Source of the DNA: Eledone cirrhosa
Lineage: Eukaryota
Assembly (NCBI GenBank): GCA_964016885.1
Contig: OZ024740.1
Span: 204,786,001 to 204,850,000, forward strand
Length of the DNA stretch: 64,000 nucleotides
Direction of reading: 5' to 3'
Shown here: positions 12,410 to 28,140 of the stretch, in pieces
Position numbering within the stretch: the first letter of the stretch is position 1
Layout of the letters: each line of letters begins with the position of its first letter
Position numbers and translations under genes: made by a program
The notes under the pieces: model-generated
Seen by the model: only the letters and a program-made list of their open reading frames with translations
Database searches by the model: none
Told to the model about the DNA's origin: nothing

Positions 12410-13167
12410 ATACCTTTCTGTCAGATGATTGAACTTTTGAAAGTATATACTTTCCTTATGCATATTAACGGCTGAGCAGCCTAATTTGCATATCGAGTGA
12501 GTTAGTCGGCCGGGCTAGCTGACTTTGGTACCCTCACCACTTTTCTACGGATTTACTATATATATATATATATTTACATGTATATATATATATATATATA
12601 TATACGTAACAAAAGACAGGGCTAGTGTTATGGAAGAAATTTATTATCTTAACCTATAATATTTTATTGTTTTCTATTCATTGTGTTCGAAGATAGTATT
12701 TGCTACATTTATTGTTTCACTTGAATACCTCGAGTACCGCTCAATAATACTCACCCTCGCTCCATTCCCCCTATAGCTTTCCATTCTTCTCTTTCTTTCA
12801 ATATATATAGTATATATCTTATTATCGCTCAATATCCCTTTCTCTCTCTCTGACCTTTCTTTCGCACCTCTGTCCCTTCGCCTTCACGTTACCTCACTCT
12901 CTCTCTCACTTCATATTTATATATACTTAATTTCTTTTTTAACATCAGTAATCTGTTTCTTGTCACCTCACTGCATCTTCTATATCGTTTATAACTCCAC
13001 CTCTCTCTCTATTTTCATACTTGCTCCCCATCCTCTCTTGTCCATTTATTAATTAATCTTTGCCATACCTCTCCTTCCATAACACTCCTATCTCTCTTTT
13101 TCTTTCTCTCTCAAACAAATACACTATTTTTCTCTGGTAGTTAATTTAGCCGTTATTTAAATATTTG

Positions 13168-14912
13168 CTTTCTCTCTCTCCCTCACCAATACACCACACT
13201 CTCTCTCTCCCCCATACATCTCTCTTCCCTCTCTCACACCAGACACTCTCTCTCTCCCATACGTATCTCCCTCTCCCACCAATACACCACACTCTCTCTC
13301 CCATACGTCTCTCCCTCTTACACCAGACACTCTCTCTCTCTCCCATACGCCTCTCCCACCACACACTCTCTCTCTACCATACGTCTCTCCCTCTCACACC
13401 AGACACACTCTCTCTCCCATACGTCTCTCCCTCTTACATCAGACACTCTCTCGCTCCCATACGTCTCTCCCTCTCACACCACACACTCTCTCTCTCCCAT
13501 AAGTCTCTCCCTCTCACACCAGACACTCTCTCTCTCTCTCCCATACGTCTCTCCCTCTCACACCACACACTCTCTCTTCCATACGTCTCTCCTATACGTC
13601 TCTCCCTCTTACACCAGACACTCTCTCTCTCCCATACGTATCTCCCTCTCTCACGAATACACCACACTTCTCTCTCTCCCATACGTCTCTCCCTCTTACA
13701 CCACACACTCTCTCTCTCCCATACGTCTCTCCCTCTCACACCACACACACTCTCTCTCTACCATACGTCTCTCCCTCTCACACCAGACACTCTCTCTCTC
13801 CCATACGTCTCTCCCTCTCACACCACGCACTCTCTCTCTCCCATACGTCTCTCCCTCTTACACCAGACACTCTCTCTCTCCCATACTGCTCTCCCTCTTA
13901 CATCAGACACTCTCTCTCTCCCATACGTCTCTCCCTCTCACACCACACACTCTCTCTCTCCCATACGTCTCTCCCTCTTACACCAGACACTCTCTCTCCC
14001 CCATACGTCTCTCCCTCTCTCACCAATACACCCCACTCTCTCTCTCCCATACGTCTCTCCCTCTCACACCTGAAACTCTCTCTCTCCCATACGTCTTTCC
14101 CTCTCACACCACACACTCTCTCTCTCCCATACGTCTCTCCCTCTCACACCAGACACTCTCTCTCTCCCATACGTCTCTCCCTCTCACACCACACACTCTC
14201 TCTCTCCCATACGTCTCTCCCTCTTACACCAGACACTCTCTCTCTCCCATACGTCTCTCCCTCTTACATCAGACACTCTCTCTCTCCCATACGTCTCTCC
14301 CTCTCACACCACACACTCTCTCTCTCCCATACGTCTCTCCCTCTTACACCAGACACTCTCTCTCCCCCATACGTCTCTCCCTCTCTCACCAATACACCCC
14401 ACTCTCTCTCTCCCATACGTCTCTCCCTCTCACACCTGAAACTCTCTCTCTCCCATACGTCTTTCCCTCTCACACCACACACTCTCTCTCTCTCCCATAC
14501 GTCTCTCCCTCTCACACCACACACTCTCTCTCTCCCATACGTCTCTCCCTCTCACACCAGACACTCTCTCTCTCCTTCTAGCACCAGACACTCTCTCTCT
14601 CCCATACGTCTCTCCCTAGCTCACAAATACACCACACTCCCTCTCTCCCGTACGTCTCTCCCTCTTACACCACACACTCTCTTTCTCCCATACGTCTCTC
14701 CCTCTCAAACTAGACACTCTCTCTCTCCCATATGTCTCTCTCCCTCTCACACCAATACACCACACTCTCTCTCTCCCATACATCTCTCCCTCTCACACCA
14801 GACACTCTCTCTCTCCCATACGTCTCCCCCTCACACACCAATACACCACACTCTCTCTCCCATACGTCACTCCCTCTCACACCAATACACCACATTCTCT
14901 CTCCCCCATACA
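13168..14912. repeat. Heterogeneous ~40-bp minisatellite CCATACGTCTCTCCCTCTCACACC(A/AG)ACAC(TC)n
   Basis: Direct reading. Shares CCATAC, ACACCACAC and CT runs with the downstream satellite. Confidence 0.92.
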
Positions 14913-17900
14913 TCTCTCTCTCTCACAGTACACCACACTCTCCCTCACCCATACATCTCTCTCTATCTCTCACAATACACCACACTCTCCCTCACCCATA
15001 CATCTCTCTCTCACAGTACACCACACTCTCCCTCACCGATACATCTCTCTCTCTCTCTCACAGTACACCACACTCTCCCTCACCCATACATCTCTCTCTC
15101 TCACAGTACACTACACTCTCCCTCACCCATACATCTCTCTCTGTCTCGCAGTACACCACACTCTCCCTCAACCATACATCTCTCTCTCACAGTACACCAC
15201 ACTCTCCCTCACCCATACATCTCTCTCTCTCTCTCACAGTACACCACACTCTCCCTCACCCATACATCTCTCTCTCTCGCAGTACACCACACTCTCCCTC
15301 ACCCATACATCTCTCTCTATCTCTCACAGTACACCACACTCTCCCTCACCCATACATCTCTCTCTCACAGTACACCACACTCTCCCTCACCCATACATCT
15401 CTCTCTCTCTCACAGTACACCACACTCTCCCTCACCCATACATCTCTCTCTCTCACAGTACACCACACTCTCCCTCACCCATACATCTCTCTCTCTCACA
15501 GTACACCACACTCTCCCTCACCCATACATCTCTCTCTCTCTCACAGTACACTACACTCTCCCTCACCCATACATCTCTCTCTCTCACAGTACACCACACT
15601 CTCCCTCACCCATACATCTCTCTCTCTTACAGTACACCACACTCTCCCTCACCCATACATCTCTCTCTCTCTCACAGTACACTACACTCTCCCTCACCCA
15701 TACATGTCTCTCTGTCTCACAGTACACCACACTCTCCCTCACCCATACATCTCTCTCTCTCTCTCACAGTACACCACACTCTCCCTCACCCATACATCTC
15801 TCTCTGTCTCACAGTACACCACACTCTCCCTCACCCATACATCTCTCTCTGTCTCACAGTACACCACACTCTCCCTCACCCATACATCTCTCTCTCTCAC
15901 AGTACACCACACTCTCCCTCACCCATACATCTCTCTCTCTCTCACAGTACACTACACTCTCCCTCACCCATACATCTCTCTCTCTCTCTCACAGTACACC
16001 ACACTCTCCCTCACCCATACATCTCTCTCTCTCCCACAGTACACCACACTCTCCCTCACCCATACATCTCTCTCTGTCTCACAGTACACCACACTCTCCC
16101 TCACCCATACATCTCTCACTCACAGTACACCACAATCTCCCTCACCCATACATCTCTCTCTCTCTCACAGTACACCACACTCTCCCTCACCCATACATCT
16201 CTCTCTCTTACAGTACACCACACTCTCCCTCACCCATACATCTCTCTCTCACAGTACACCACACTCTCCCTCACCCATACATCTCTCTCTCACAGTACAC
16301 CACACTCTCCCTCACCCATACATCTCTCTCTCTCTCTCACAGTACACCACACTCTCCCTCACCCATACATCTCTCTCTCTCACAGTACACCACACTCTCC
16401 CTCACCCATACGTCTCTTTCTCTCTCACAGTACACCACACTCTCCCTCACCCATACATCTCTCTCTCTCACAGTACACTACACTCTCCCTCACCCATACA
16501 TCTCTCTCTCTCACAGTACACCACACTCTCCCTCACCCATACATCTCTCTCTGTCACAGTACACCACACTCTCCCTCACCCATACATCTCTCTCTCTCAC
16601 AGTACACCACACTCTCCCTCACCCATACATCTCTCTCTCTTACAGTACACCACACTCACCCTCACCCATACATCTCTCTCTCTCACAGTACACCACACTC
16701 TCCCTCACCCATACATCTCTCTCTCTCTCTCACAGTACACCACACTCTCCCTCACCCATACATCTCTCTCTCTCACAGTACACCACACTCTCCCTCACCC
16801 ATACATCTCTCTCTCTCACAGTACACCACACTCTCCCTCACCCATACATCTCTCTCTCTCTCTCACAGTACACCACACTCTCCCTCACCCATACATCTCT
16901 CTCTCTCTCACAGTACACCACACTCTCCCTCACCCATACACCTCTCTCTCACAGTACACCACACTCTCCCTCACCCATACATCTCTCTCTCTCCCACAGT
17001 ACACCACACTCTCCCTCACCCATACATCTCTCTCTGTCTCACAGTACACCACACTCTCCCTCACCCATACACCTCTCTCTCACAGTACACCACAGTCTCC
17101 CTCACCCATACATCTCTCTCTCTCTCACAGTACACCACACTCTCCCTCACCCATACATCTCTCTCTCTTACAGTACACCACACTCTCCCTCACCCATACA
17201 TCTCTCTCTCACAGTACACCACACTCTCCCTCACCCATACATCTCTCTCTCTCTCACAGTACACCACACTCTCCCTCACCCATACATCTCTCTCTCACAG
17301 TACACCACACTCTCCCTCACCCATACATCTCTCTCTCTCACAGTACACCACACTCTCCCTCACCCATACACCTCTCTCTCACAGTACACCACACTCTCCC
17401 TCACCCATACGTCTCTCTCTCTCTCACAGTACACCACACTCTCCCTCACCCATACATCTCTCTCTCTCTCACAGCACACCACACTCTCCCTCACCCATAC
17501 ATCTCTCTCTCTCACAGCACACCACACTCTCCCTCACCCATACATCTCTCTCTGTCACAGTACACCACACTCTCCCTCACCCATACATCTCTCTCTCTCA
17601 CAGTATACCACACTCTCCCTCACCCATACATCTCTCTCTCTCTCTCACAGCACACCACACTCTCCCTCACCCATACATCTCTCTCTCTCACAGTACACCA
17701 CACTCTCCCTCACCCATACATCTCTCTCTCTCTCACAGTACACCACACACTCCCTCACCCATACATCTCTCTCTCTCACAGTACACCACACTCTCCCTCA
17801 CCCATACATCTCTCTCTCTCTCACAGTACACCACACTCTCCCTCACCCATACATCTCTCTCTCTCACAGCACACCACAATCTCCCTCACCCATACATCTC

Positions 17901-20900
17901 TCTCTCTCACAGTACACCACACTCTCCCTCACCCATACATCTCTCTCTCTCTCTCACAGCACACCACACTCTCCCTCACCCATACATCTCTCTCTCTCTC
18001 TCTCACAGTACACCACACTCTCCCTCACCCATACATCTCTCTCTCTCTCACAGTACACCACACTCTCCCTCACCCATACATCTCTCACTCTCTCTCTCAC
18101 AGCACACCACACTCTCCCTCACCCATACATCTCTCTCTCTCTCACAGTACACCACACTCTCCCTCACCCATACATCTCTCTCTCTCTCACAGCACACCAC
18201 ACTCTCCCTCACCCATACATCTCTCTCTCTCTCACAGTACACCACACTCTCCCTCACCCATACATCTCTCTCTCTCACAGTACACCACACTCTCCCTCAC
18301 CCATACATCTCTCTCTCTCTCTCTCATAGCACACCACACTCTCCCTCACCCATACATCTCTCTCTCTCACAGCACACCACACTCTCCCTCACCCATACAT
18401 CTCTCTCTCTCTCTCACAGCACACCACACTCTCCCTCACCCATACATCTCTCTTTCTCTCACAGTACACCACACTCTCCCTCACCCATACGTCTCTCTCT
18501 CTCTCTCACAGTATACCACACTCTCCCTCACCCATACATCTCTCTCTCTCACAGTACACCACACTCTCCCTCACCCATACACCTCTCTCTCACAGTACAC
18601 CACACCCTCCCTCACCCATACGTCTCTCTCTCTCTCTCTCACAGTACACCACACTCTCCCTCACCCATACATCTCTCTCTCTCACAGCACACCACACTCT
18701 CCCTCACCCATACATCTCTCTCTCTCACAGTACACCACACTCTCCCTCACCCATACATCTCTCTCTCTCACAGTACACCACACTCTCCCTCACCCATACA
18801 TCTCTCTCTCACAGTACACCACACTCTCCCTCACCCATACATCTCCCTCTCTCTCACAGTACACCACACTCTCCCTCACCCATACATCTCTCTCTCTCCC
18901 ACAGTACACCACACTCTCCCTCACCCATACATCTCTCTCTCTATCACAGTACACCACACTCTCCCTCACCCATACATCTCTCTCTCTCACAGTACACTAC
19001 ACTCTGCCTCACCCATACATCTCTCTCTCTCACAGTACACCACACTCTCCCTCACCCATACATCTCTCTCTCTCACAGTACACTACACTCTCCCTCACCC
19101 ATACATCTCTCTCTCTCACAGTACACTACACTCTCCCTCACCCATACATCTCTCTCTCTCAGTACACCACACTCTCCCTCACCCATACATCTCTCTCTCT
19201 CTCACAGTACACCACACTCTCCCTCACCCATACATCTCTCTCTCTCACAGTACACTACACTCTCCCTCACCCATACATCTCTCTCTCACAGTACACCACA
19301 CTCTCCCTCACCCATACATCTCTCTCTCTCTCACAGTACACCACACTCTCCCTCACCCATACATCTCTCTCTCTCACAGTACACCACACTCTCCCTCACC
19401 CATACATCTCTCTCTCTCTCACAGTACACCACACACTCCCTCACCCATACATCTCTCTCTCTCACAGTACACCACACTCTCCCTCACCCATACATCTCTC
19501 TCTCTCTCACAGTACACCACACTCTCCCTCACCCATACATCTCTCTCTCTCACAGTACACCACACTCTCCCTCACCCATACATCTCTCTCTCACAGTACA
19601 CCACACTCTCCCATACATCTCTCTCTCTCTCACAGTACACCACACTCTCCCTCACCCATACATCTCTCTCTCTCTCACAGTACACCACACTCTCCCATAC
19701 ATCTCTCTCTCTCTCTCACAGTACACCACACTCTCCCTCACCCATACATCTCTCTCTCTCACAGTACACCACACTCTCCCTCGCCCATACATCTCTCTCT
19801 CTCACAGTACACCACACTCTCCCTCACCCATACATCTCTCTCTCTCACAGTACACTACACTCTCCCTCACCCATACATCTCTCTCTCTCTCTCACAGTAC
19901 ACCACACTCTCCCTCACCCATACATCTCTCTCTCTCACAGTACACCACACTCTCCCATACATCTCTCTCTCTCTCTCACAGTACACCACACTCTCCCTCA
20001 CCCATACATCTCTCTCTCTCACAGTACACCACACTCTCCCTCGCCCATACATCTCTCTCTCTCACAGTACACCACACTCTCCCTCACCCATACATCTCTC
20101 TCTCTCACAGTACACTACACTCTCCCTCACCCATACATCTCTCTCACAGTACACCACACTCTCCCTCACCCATACATCTCTCTCTCACAGTACACCACAC
20201 TCTCCCTCACCCATACATCTCTCTCTCTCCCACAGTACACCACACTCTCCCTCACCCATACATCTCTCTCTCTCACAGTACACCACACTCTCCCTCACCC
20301 ATACATCTCTCTCTCTCACAGTACACTACACTCTCCCTCACCCATACATCTCTCTCTCTCACAGTACACTACACTCTCCCTCACCCATACATCTCTCTCT
20401 CACAGTACACCACACTCTCCCTCACCCATACATCTCTCTCTCTCTCACAGTACACCACACTCTCCCTCACCCATACATCTCTCTCTCTCTCTCACAGTAC
20501 ACCACACTCTCCCTCACCCATACATCTCTCTCTCTCACAGTACACCACACTCTCCCTCACCCATACATCTCTCTCTCTCTCACAGTACACCACACTCTCC
20601 CTCACCCATACATCTCTCTCTCTCACAGTACACCACACTCTCCCTCACCCATACATCTCCCTCTCTCTCACAGTACACCACACTCTCCCTCACCCATACA
20701 TCTCTCTCTCTCACAGCCCACCACACTCTCCCTCACCCATACATCTCTCTCTCTCTCACAGTACACCACACTCTCCCATACATCTCTCTCTCTCTCTCTC
20801 ACAGTACACCACACTCTCCCTCACCCATACATCTCTCTCTCTCACAGCACACCACACTCTCCCTCACCCATACATCTCTCTCTGTCACAGTACACCACAC

Positions 20901-23900
20901 TCTCCCTCACCCATACATCTCTCTCTCTCACAGTACACCACACTCTCCCTCACCCATACATCTCTCTCTCTCACAGCACACCACACTCTCCCTCACCCAT
21001 ACATCTCTCTCTCTCACAGTACACCACACTCTCCCTCACCCATACATCTCTCTCTCTCTCTCTCACAGTACACCACACTCTCCCTCACCCATACATCTCT
21101 CTCTCACACAGTACACCACACTCTCCCTCACCCATACATCTCTCTCTCTCTCTCACAGTACACCACACTCTCCCTCACCCATACATCTCTCTCTCTCACA
21201 GTACACCACACTCTCCCTCACCCATACACCTCTCTCTCACAGTACACCACACTCTCCCTCACCCATACATCTCTCTCTCTCACAGTACACCACACTCTCC
21301 CTCACCCATACATCTCTCTCTCTCTCTCACAGCACACCACACTCTCCCTCACCCATACATCTCTCTCTCTCACAGTACACCACACTCTCCCTCACCCATA
21401 CATCTCTCTCTCTCTCACAGTACACCACACACTCCCTCACCCATACATCTCTCTCTCTCACAGTACACCACACTCTCCCTCACCCATACATCTCTCTCTC
21501 TCTCACAGTACACCACACTCTCCCTCACCCATACATCTCTCTCTCTCACAGCACACCACACTCTCCCTCACCCATACATCTCTCTCTCTCACAGTACACC
21601 ACACTCTCCCTCACCCATACATCTCTCTCTCTCACAGTACACCACACTCTCCCTCACCCATACATCTCTCTCTCTCTCTCATAGCACACCACACTCTCCC
21701 TCACCCATACATCTCTCTCTCTCACAGCACACCACACTCTCCCTCACCCATACATCTCTCTCTCTCTCTCACAGCACACCACACTCTCCCTCACCCATAC
21801 ATCTCTCTCTCTCTCTCACAGCACACCACACTCTCCCTCACCCATACATCTCTCTTTCTCTCACAGTACACCACACTCTCCCTCACCCATACGTCTCTCT
21901 CTCTCTCTCACAGTATACCACACTCTCCCTCACCCTTACATCTCTCTCTCTCACAGTACACCACACTCTCCCTCACCCATACACCTCTCTCTCACAGTAC
22001 ACCACACTCTCCCTCACCCATACGTCTCTCACTCTCTCTCTCACAGTACACCACACTCTCCCTCACCCATACATCTCTCTCTCTCACAGCACACCACACT
22101 CTCCCTCACCCATACATCTCTCTCTCTCACAGTACACCACACTCTCCCTCACCCATACATCTCTCTCTCTCACAGTACACCACACTCTCCCTCACCCATA
22201 CATCTCTCTCTCTCACAGTACACCACACTCTCCCTCACCCATACATCTCTCTCTCTCACAGTACACCACACTCTCCCTCACCCATACACCTCTCTCTCTC
22301 ACAGTACACCACACTCTCCCTCACCCATACATCTCTCTCTCTCACAGTACACTACACTCTCCCTCACCCATACATCTCTCTCTCACAGTACACCACACTC
22401 TCCCTCACCCATACATCTCTCTCTCTCTCACAGTACACCACACTCTCCCTCACCCATACATCTCTCTCTCTCCCACAGTACACCACACTCTCCCTCACCC
22501 ATACATCTCTCTCTCTATCACAGTACACCACACTCTCCCTCACCCATACATCTCTCTCTCTCACAGTACACTACACTCTCCCTCACCCATACATCTCTCT
22601 CTCTCACAGTACACCACACTCTCCCTCACCCATACATCTCTCTCTCTCACAGTACACTACACTCTCCCTCACCCATACATCTCTCTCTCTCACAGTACAC
22701 TACACTCTCCCTCACCCATACATCTCTCTCTCACAGTACACCACACTCTCCCTCACCCATACATCTCTCTCTCTCACAGTACACTACACTCTCCCTCACC
22801 CATACATCTCTCTCTCACAGTACACCACACTCTCCCTCACCCATACATCTCTCTCTCTCTCACAGTACACCACACTCTCCCTCACCCATACATCTCTCTC
22901 TCTCACAGTACACTACACTCTCCCTCACCCATACATCTCTCTCTCACAGTACACCACACTCTCCCTCACCCATACATCTCTCTCTGTCACAGTACACCAC
23001 ACTCTCCCTCACCCATACATCTCTCTCTCTCACAGTACACCACACTCTCCCTCACCCATACATCTCTCTCTCTCTCACAGTACACCACACACTCCCTCAC
23101 CCATACATCTCTGTCTCTCACAGTACACCACACTCTCCCTCACCCATACATCTCTCTCTCTCTCACAGTACACCACAGTCTCCCTCACCAATACATCTCT
23201 CTCTCTCACAGCACACCACACTCTCCCTCACCCATACATCTCTCTCTCACAGTACACCACACTCTCCCATACATCTCTCTCTCTCTCTCACAGTACACCA
23301 CACTCTCCCTCACCCATACATCTCTCTCTCTCTCACAGTACACCACACTCTCCCTCACCCATACATCTCTCTCTCTCTCACAGTACACCACACTCTCCCT
23401 CACCCATACATCTCTCTCTCTCACAGTACACCACACTCTCCCTCACCCATACATCTCTCTCTCTCACAGTTCACCACACTCTCCCTCACCCATACATCTC
23501 TCTCTCTCTCACAGTACACCACACTCTCCCTCACCCATACATCTCTCTCTCTCTCACAGTACACCACACTCTCCCATACATCTCTCTCTCTCACAGTACA
23601 CCACACTCTCCCTCACCCATACATCTCTCTCTCTCACACAGTACACCACACTCTCCCTCACCCATACATCTCTCTCTCTCTCACAGTACACCACACTCTC
23701 CCTCACCCATACATCTCTCTCTCTCTCACAGTACACCACACTCTCCCATACATCTCTCTCTCTCTCTCACAGTACACCACACTCTCCCTCACCCATACAT
23801 CTCCCTCTCTCTCACAGTACACCACACTCTCCCTCACCCATACATCTCTCTCTCTCTCACAGTACACCACACTCTCCCTCACCCATACATCTCTCTCTCT

Positions 23901-26900
23901 CCCACAGTACACCACACTCTCCCTCACCCATACATCTCTCTCTCTATCACAGTACACCACACTCTCCCTCACCCATACATCTCTCTCTCTCTCACAGTAC
24001 ACTACACTCTCCCTCACCCATACATCTCTCTCTCTCACAGTACACCACACTCTCCCTCACCCATACATCTCTCTCTCTCACAGTACACTACACTCTCCCT
24101 CACCCATACATCTCTCTCTCTCACAGTACACTACACTCTCCCTCACCCATACATCTCTCTCTCACAGTACACCACACTCTCCCTCACCCATACATCTCTC
24201 TCTCTCACAGTACACTACACTCTCCCTCACCCATACATCTCTCTCTCACAGTACACCACACTCTCCCTCACCCATACATCTCTCTCTCTCTCACAGTACA
24301 CCACACTCTCCCTCACCCATACATCTCTCTCTCTCACAGTACACCACACTCTCCCTCACCCATACATCTCTCTCTCTCTCTTACAGTACACCACACTCTC
24401 CCTCACCCATACATCTCTCTCTCTCACAGTACACCACACTCTCCCTCACCCATACATCTCTCTCTCACAGTACACCACACTCTCCCTCACCCATACATCT
24501 CTCTCTCTCACAGTACACCACACTCTCCTTCACCCATACATCTCTCTCTCTCTCTCACAGTACACCACACTCTCCCTCACCCATACATCTCTCTCTCACA
24601 GTACACTACACTGTCCCTCACCCGTACATCTCTCTCTCTTACAGTACACCACACTCTCCCTCACCCATACATCTCTCTCTCTCTCTCACAGTACACCACA
24701 CTCTCCCTCACCCATACATCTCTCTCTCTCTCACAGTACACCACACTCTCCCTCACCCATACATCTCTCTCTCTTACAGTACACCACACTCTCCCTCACC
24801 CATACATCTCTCTCTCTCACAGTACACCACACTCTCCCTCACCCATACATCTCTCTCTCACAGTACACTACACTGTCCCTCACCCTTACATCTCTCTCTC
24901 TTACAGTACACCACACTCTCCCTCACCCATACATCTCTCTTTCTCTCTCACAGTACACCACACTCTCCCTCACCCATACATCTCTCTCTCTCTCACAGTA
25001 CACCACACTCTCCCTCACCCATACATCTCTCTCTCACAGTACACCACACTCTCCCTCACCCATACATCTCTCTCTCTCACAGTACACTACACTCTCCCTC
25101 ACCCATACATCTCTCTGTCTCACAGTACACCACACTCTCCCTCACCCATACATCTCTCTCTCACAGTACACCACACTCTCCCTCACCCATACATCTCTCT
25201 CTCTCTCACAGTACACCACACTCTCCCTCACCCATACATCTCTCTCTCTCACAGTACACTACATTCTCCCTCACCCATACATCTCTCTCTCTCTCACAGT
25301 ACACCACACTCTCCCTCACCCATACATCTCTCTCTCACAGTACACCACACTCTCCCTCACCCATACATATCTCTCTCTCTCACAGTACACCACACTCTCC
25401 CTCACCCATACATCTCTCTCTCTCACAGTACACTACACTCTCCCTCACCCATACATCTCTCTCTCTCTCACAGTACACCACACTCTCCCTCACCCATACA
25501 TCTCTCTCTCTCTCTTAGTACACCACACTCTCCCTCAACCATACATCTCTCTCTCTCACAGTACACCACACTCTCCCTCACCCATACATCTCTCTCTCTC
25601 TCACAGTACACTACACTCTCCCTCACCCATACATCTCTCTCTCTCTCACAGTACACCACACTCTCCCTCACCCATACATCTCTCTCTCACAGTACACCAC
25701 ACTCTCCCTCACCCATACATCTCTCTCACAGTACACTACACTCTCCCTCACCCATACATCTCTCTCTGTCTCACAGTACACCACACTCTCCCTCACCCAT
25801 ACATCTCTCTCTCACAGTACACCACACTCTCCCTCACCCATACATCTCTCTCTCTCTCACAGTACACCACACTCTCCCTCACCCATACATCTCTCTCTCT
25901 CTCTCACAGTACACCACACTCTCCCTCACCCATACATCTCTCTCTCTCACAGTACACCACACTCTCCCTCACCCATACATCTCTCTCTGTCACAGTACAC
26001 CACACTCTCCCTCACCCATACATCTCTCTCTCACAGTACACCACACTTTCCCTCACCCATACATCTCTCTCTCTCTCACAGTACACCACACTCTCCCTCA
26101 CCCATACATCTCTCTCTCTCTCACAGTACACCACACTCTCCCTCACCCATACATCTCTCTCTCTCTCACAGTACACCACACTCTCCCTCACCCATACATC
26201 TCTCTCTCTCACAGTACACTACACTCTCCCTCACCCATACATCTCTCTCTCACAGTACACCACACTCTCCCTCACCCATACATCTCTCTCTCTCTCACAG
26301 TACACCACACTCTCCCTCACCCATACATCTCTCTCTCTCACAGTACACTACACTCTCCCTCACCCATACATCTCTCTCTGTCTCACAGTACACCACACTC
26401 TCCCTCACCCATACATCTCTCTCTCACAGTACACCACACTCTCCCTCACCCATACATCTCTCTCTCTCTCACAGTACACCACACTCTCCCTCACCCATAC
26501 ATCTCTCTCTCTCTCTCACAGTACACCACACTCTCCCTCACCCATACATCTCTCTCTCTCACAGTACACCACACTCTCCCTCACCCATACATCTCTCTCT
26601 CTCACAGTACACCACACTCTCCCTCACCCATACATCTCTCTCTCACAGTACACCACACTTTCCCTCACCCATACATCTCTCTCTCTCACAGTACACCACA
26701 CTCTCCCTCACCCATACATCTCTCTCTCTCTCACAGTACACCACACTCTCCCTCACCCATACATCTCTCTCTCTCACAGTACACCACACTCTCCCTCACC
26801 CATACATCTCTCTCTCTCTCTCACAGTACACCACACTCTCCCTCACCCATACATCTCTCTCTCACAGTACACCACACTCTCCCTCACCCATACATCTCTC

Positions 26901-28140
26901 TCTCTTACAGTACACCACACTCTCCCTCACCCATACATCTCTCTCTCTCTCACAGTACACCACACTCTCCCTCACCCATACATCTCTCTCTCTCTCACAG
27001 TACACCACACTCTCCCTCACCTATACATCTCTCTCTCTCACAGTACACCACACTCTCCCTCACCCATACACCTCTCTCTCACAGTACACCACACTCTCCC
27101 TCACCCATACATCTCTCTCTCTCTCACAGTACACCACACTCTCCCTCACCCATACATCTCTCTCTCTCACAGTACACCACACTCTCCCTCACCCATACAC
27201 CTCTCTCTCTCACAGTACACCACACTCTCCCCCACCCATACATCTCTCTCTCTCTCTCACAGTACACCACACTCTCCCTCACCCATACATCTCTCTCTCT
27301 CTCTCACAGTACACCACACTCTCCCTCACCCATACATCTCTCTCTCTCTCACAGTACACCACACTCTCCCTCACCCATACATCTCTCTCTCTCTCTCACA
27401 GTACACCGCACTCTCCCTCACCCATACATCTCTCTCTCTCACAGTACACCACACTCTCCCTCACCCATACATCTCTCTCTCACAGTACACCACACTCTCC
27501 CTCACCCATACATCTCTCTCTCTCTCACAGTACACCACACTCTCCCTCAGCCATACATCTCTCTCTCTCACAGTACACCACACTCTCCCTCACCCATACA
27601 TCTCTCTCTCTCTCACAGTACACCACACTCTCCCTCAGCCATACATCTCTCTCTCTCACAGTACACCACACTCTCCCTCACCCATACATCTCTCTCTCTA
27701 TCACAGTACACCACACTCTCCCTCACCCATACATCTCTCTCTCTCTCACAGTACACCACACTCTCCCTCACCCATACATCTCTCTCTCTCTCACAGTACA
27801 CCACACTCTCCCTCAGCCATACATCTCTCTCTCTCACAGTACACCACACTCTCCCTCACCCATACATCTCTCTCTCTATCACAGTACACCACACTCTCCC
27901 TCACCCATACATCTCTCTCTCTCTCACAGTACACCACACTCTCCCTCACCCATACGTCTCTCTCTCACACAGTACACCACACTCTCCCTCACCCATACAT
28001 CTCTCTCTCTCACACAGTACACCACACTCTCCCTCACCCATACATCTCTCTCTCTCTCACAGTACACCACACTCTCCCTCGGCTATACGTCTCTCTCCCT
28101 CACCCATACACCTTTCTCTCTCACCCATACATTTTTCTCT
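14913..28140. repeat. ~13.2-kb tandem satellite, unit CACAGTACACCACACTCTCCCTCACCCATACAT(CT)4-8 (about 41-49 bp, roughly 300 copies)
   Basis: Direct reading. The 33-bp core is nearly invariant and length variation is almost all in the (CT)n tract. Copy number estimated from length. Confidence 0.98.

Noticed and set aside
13146-27849. Many short minus-strand ERERDVWVRESVVYC ORFs and the 302-aa ORF at 13165
   Set aside because: Translations of the tandem repeats.
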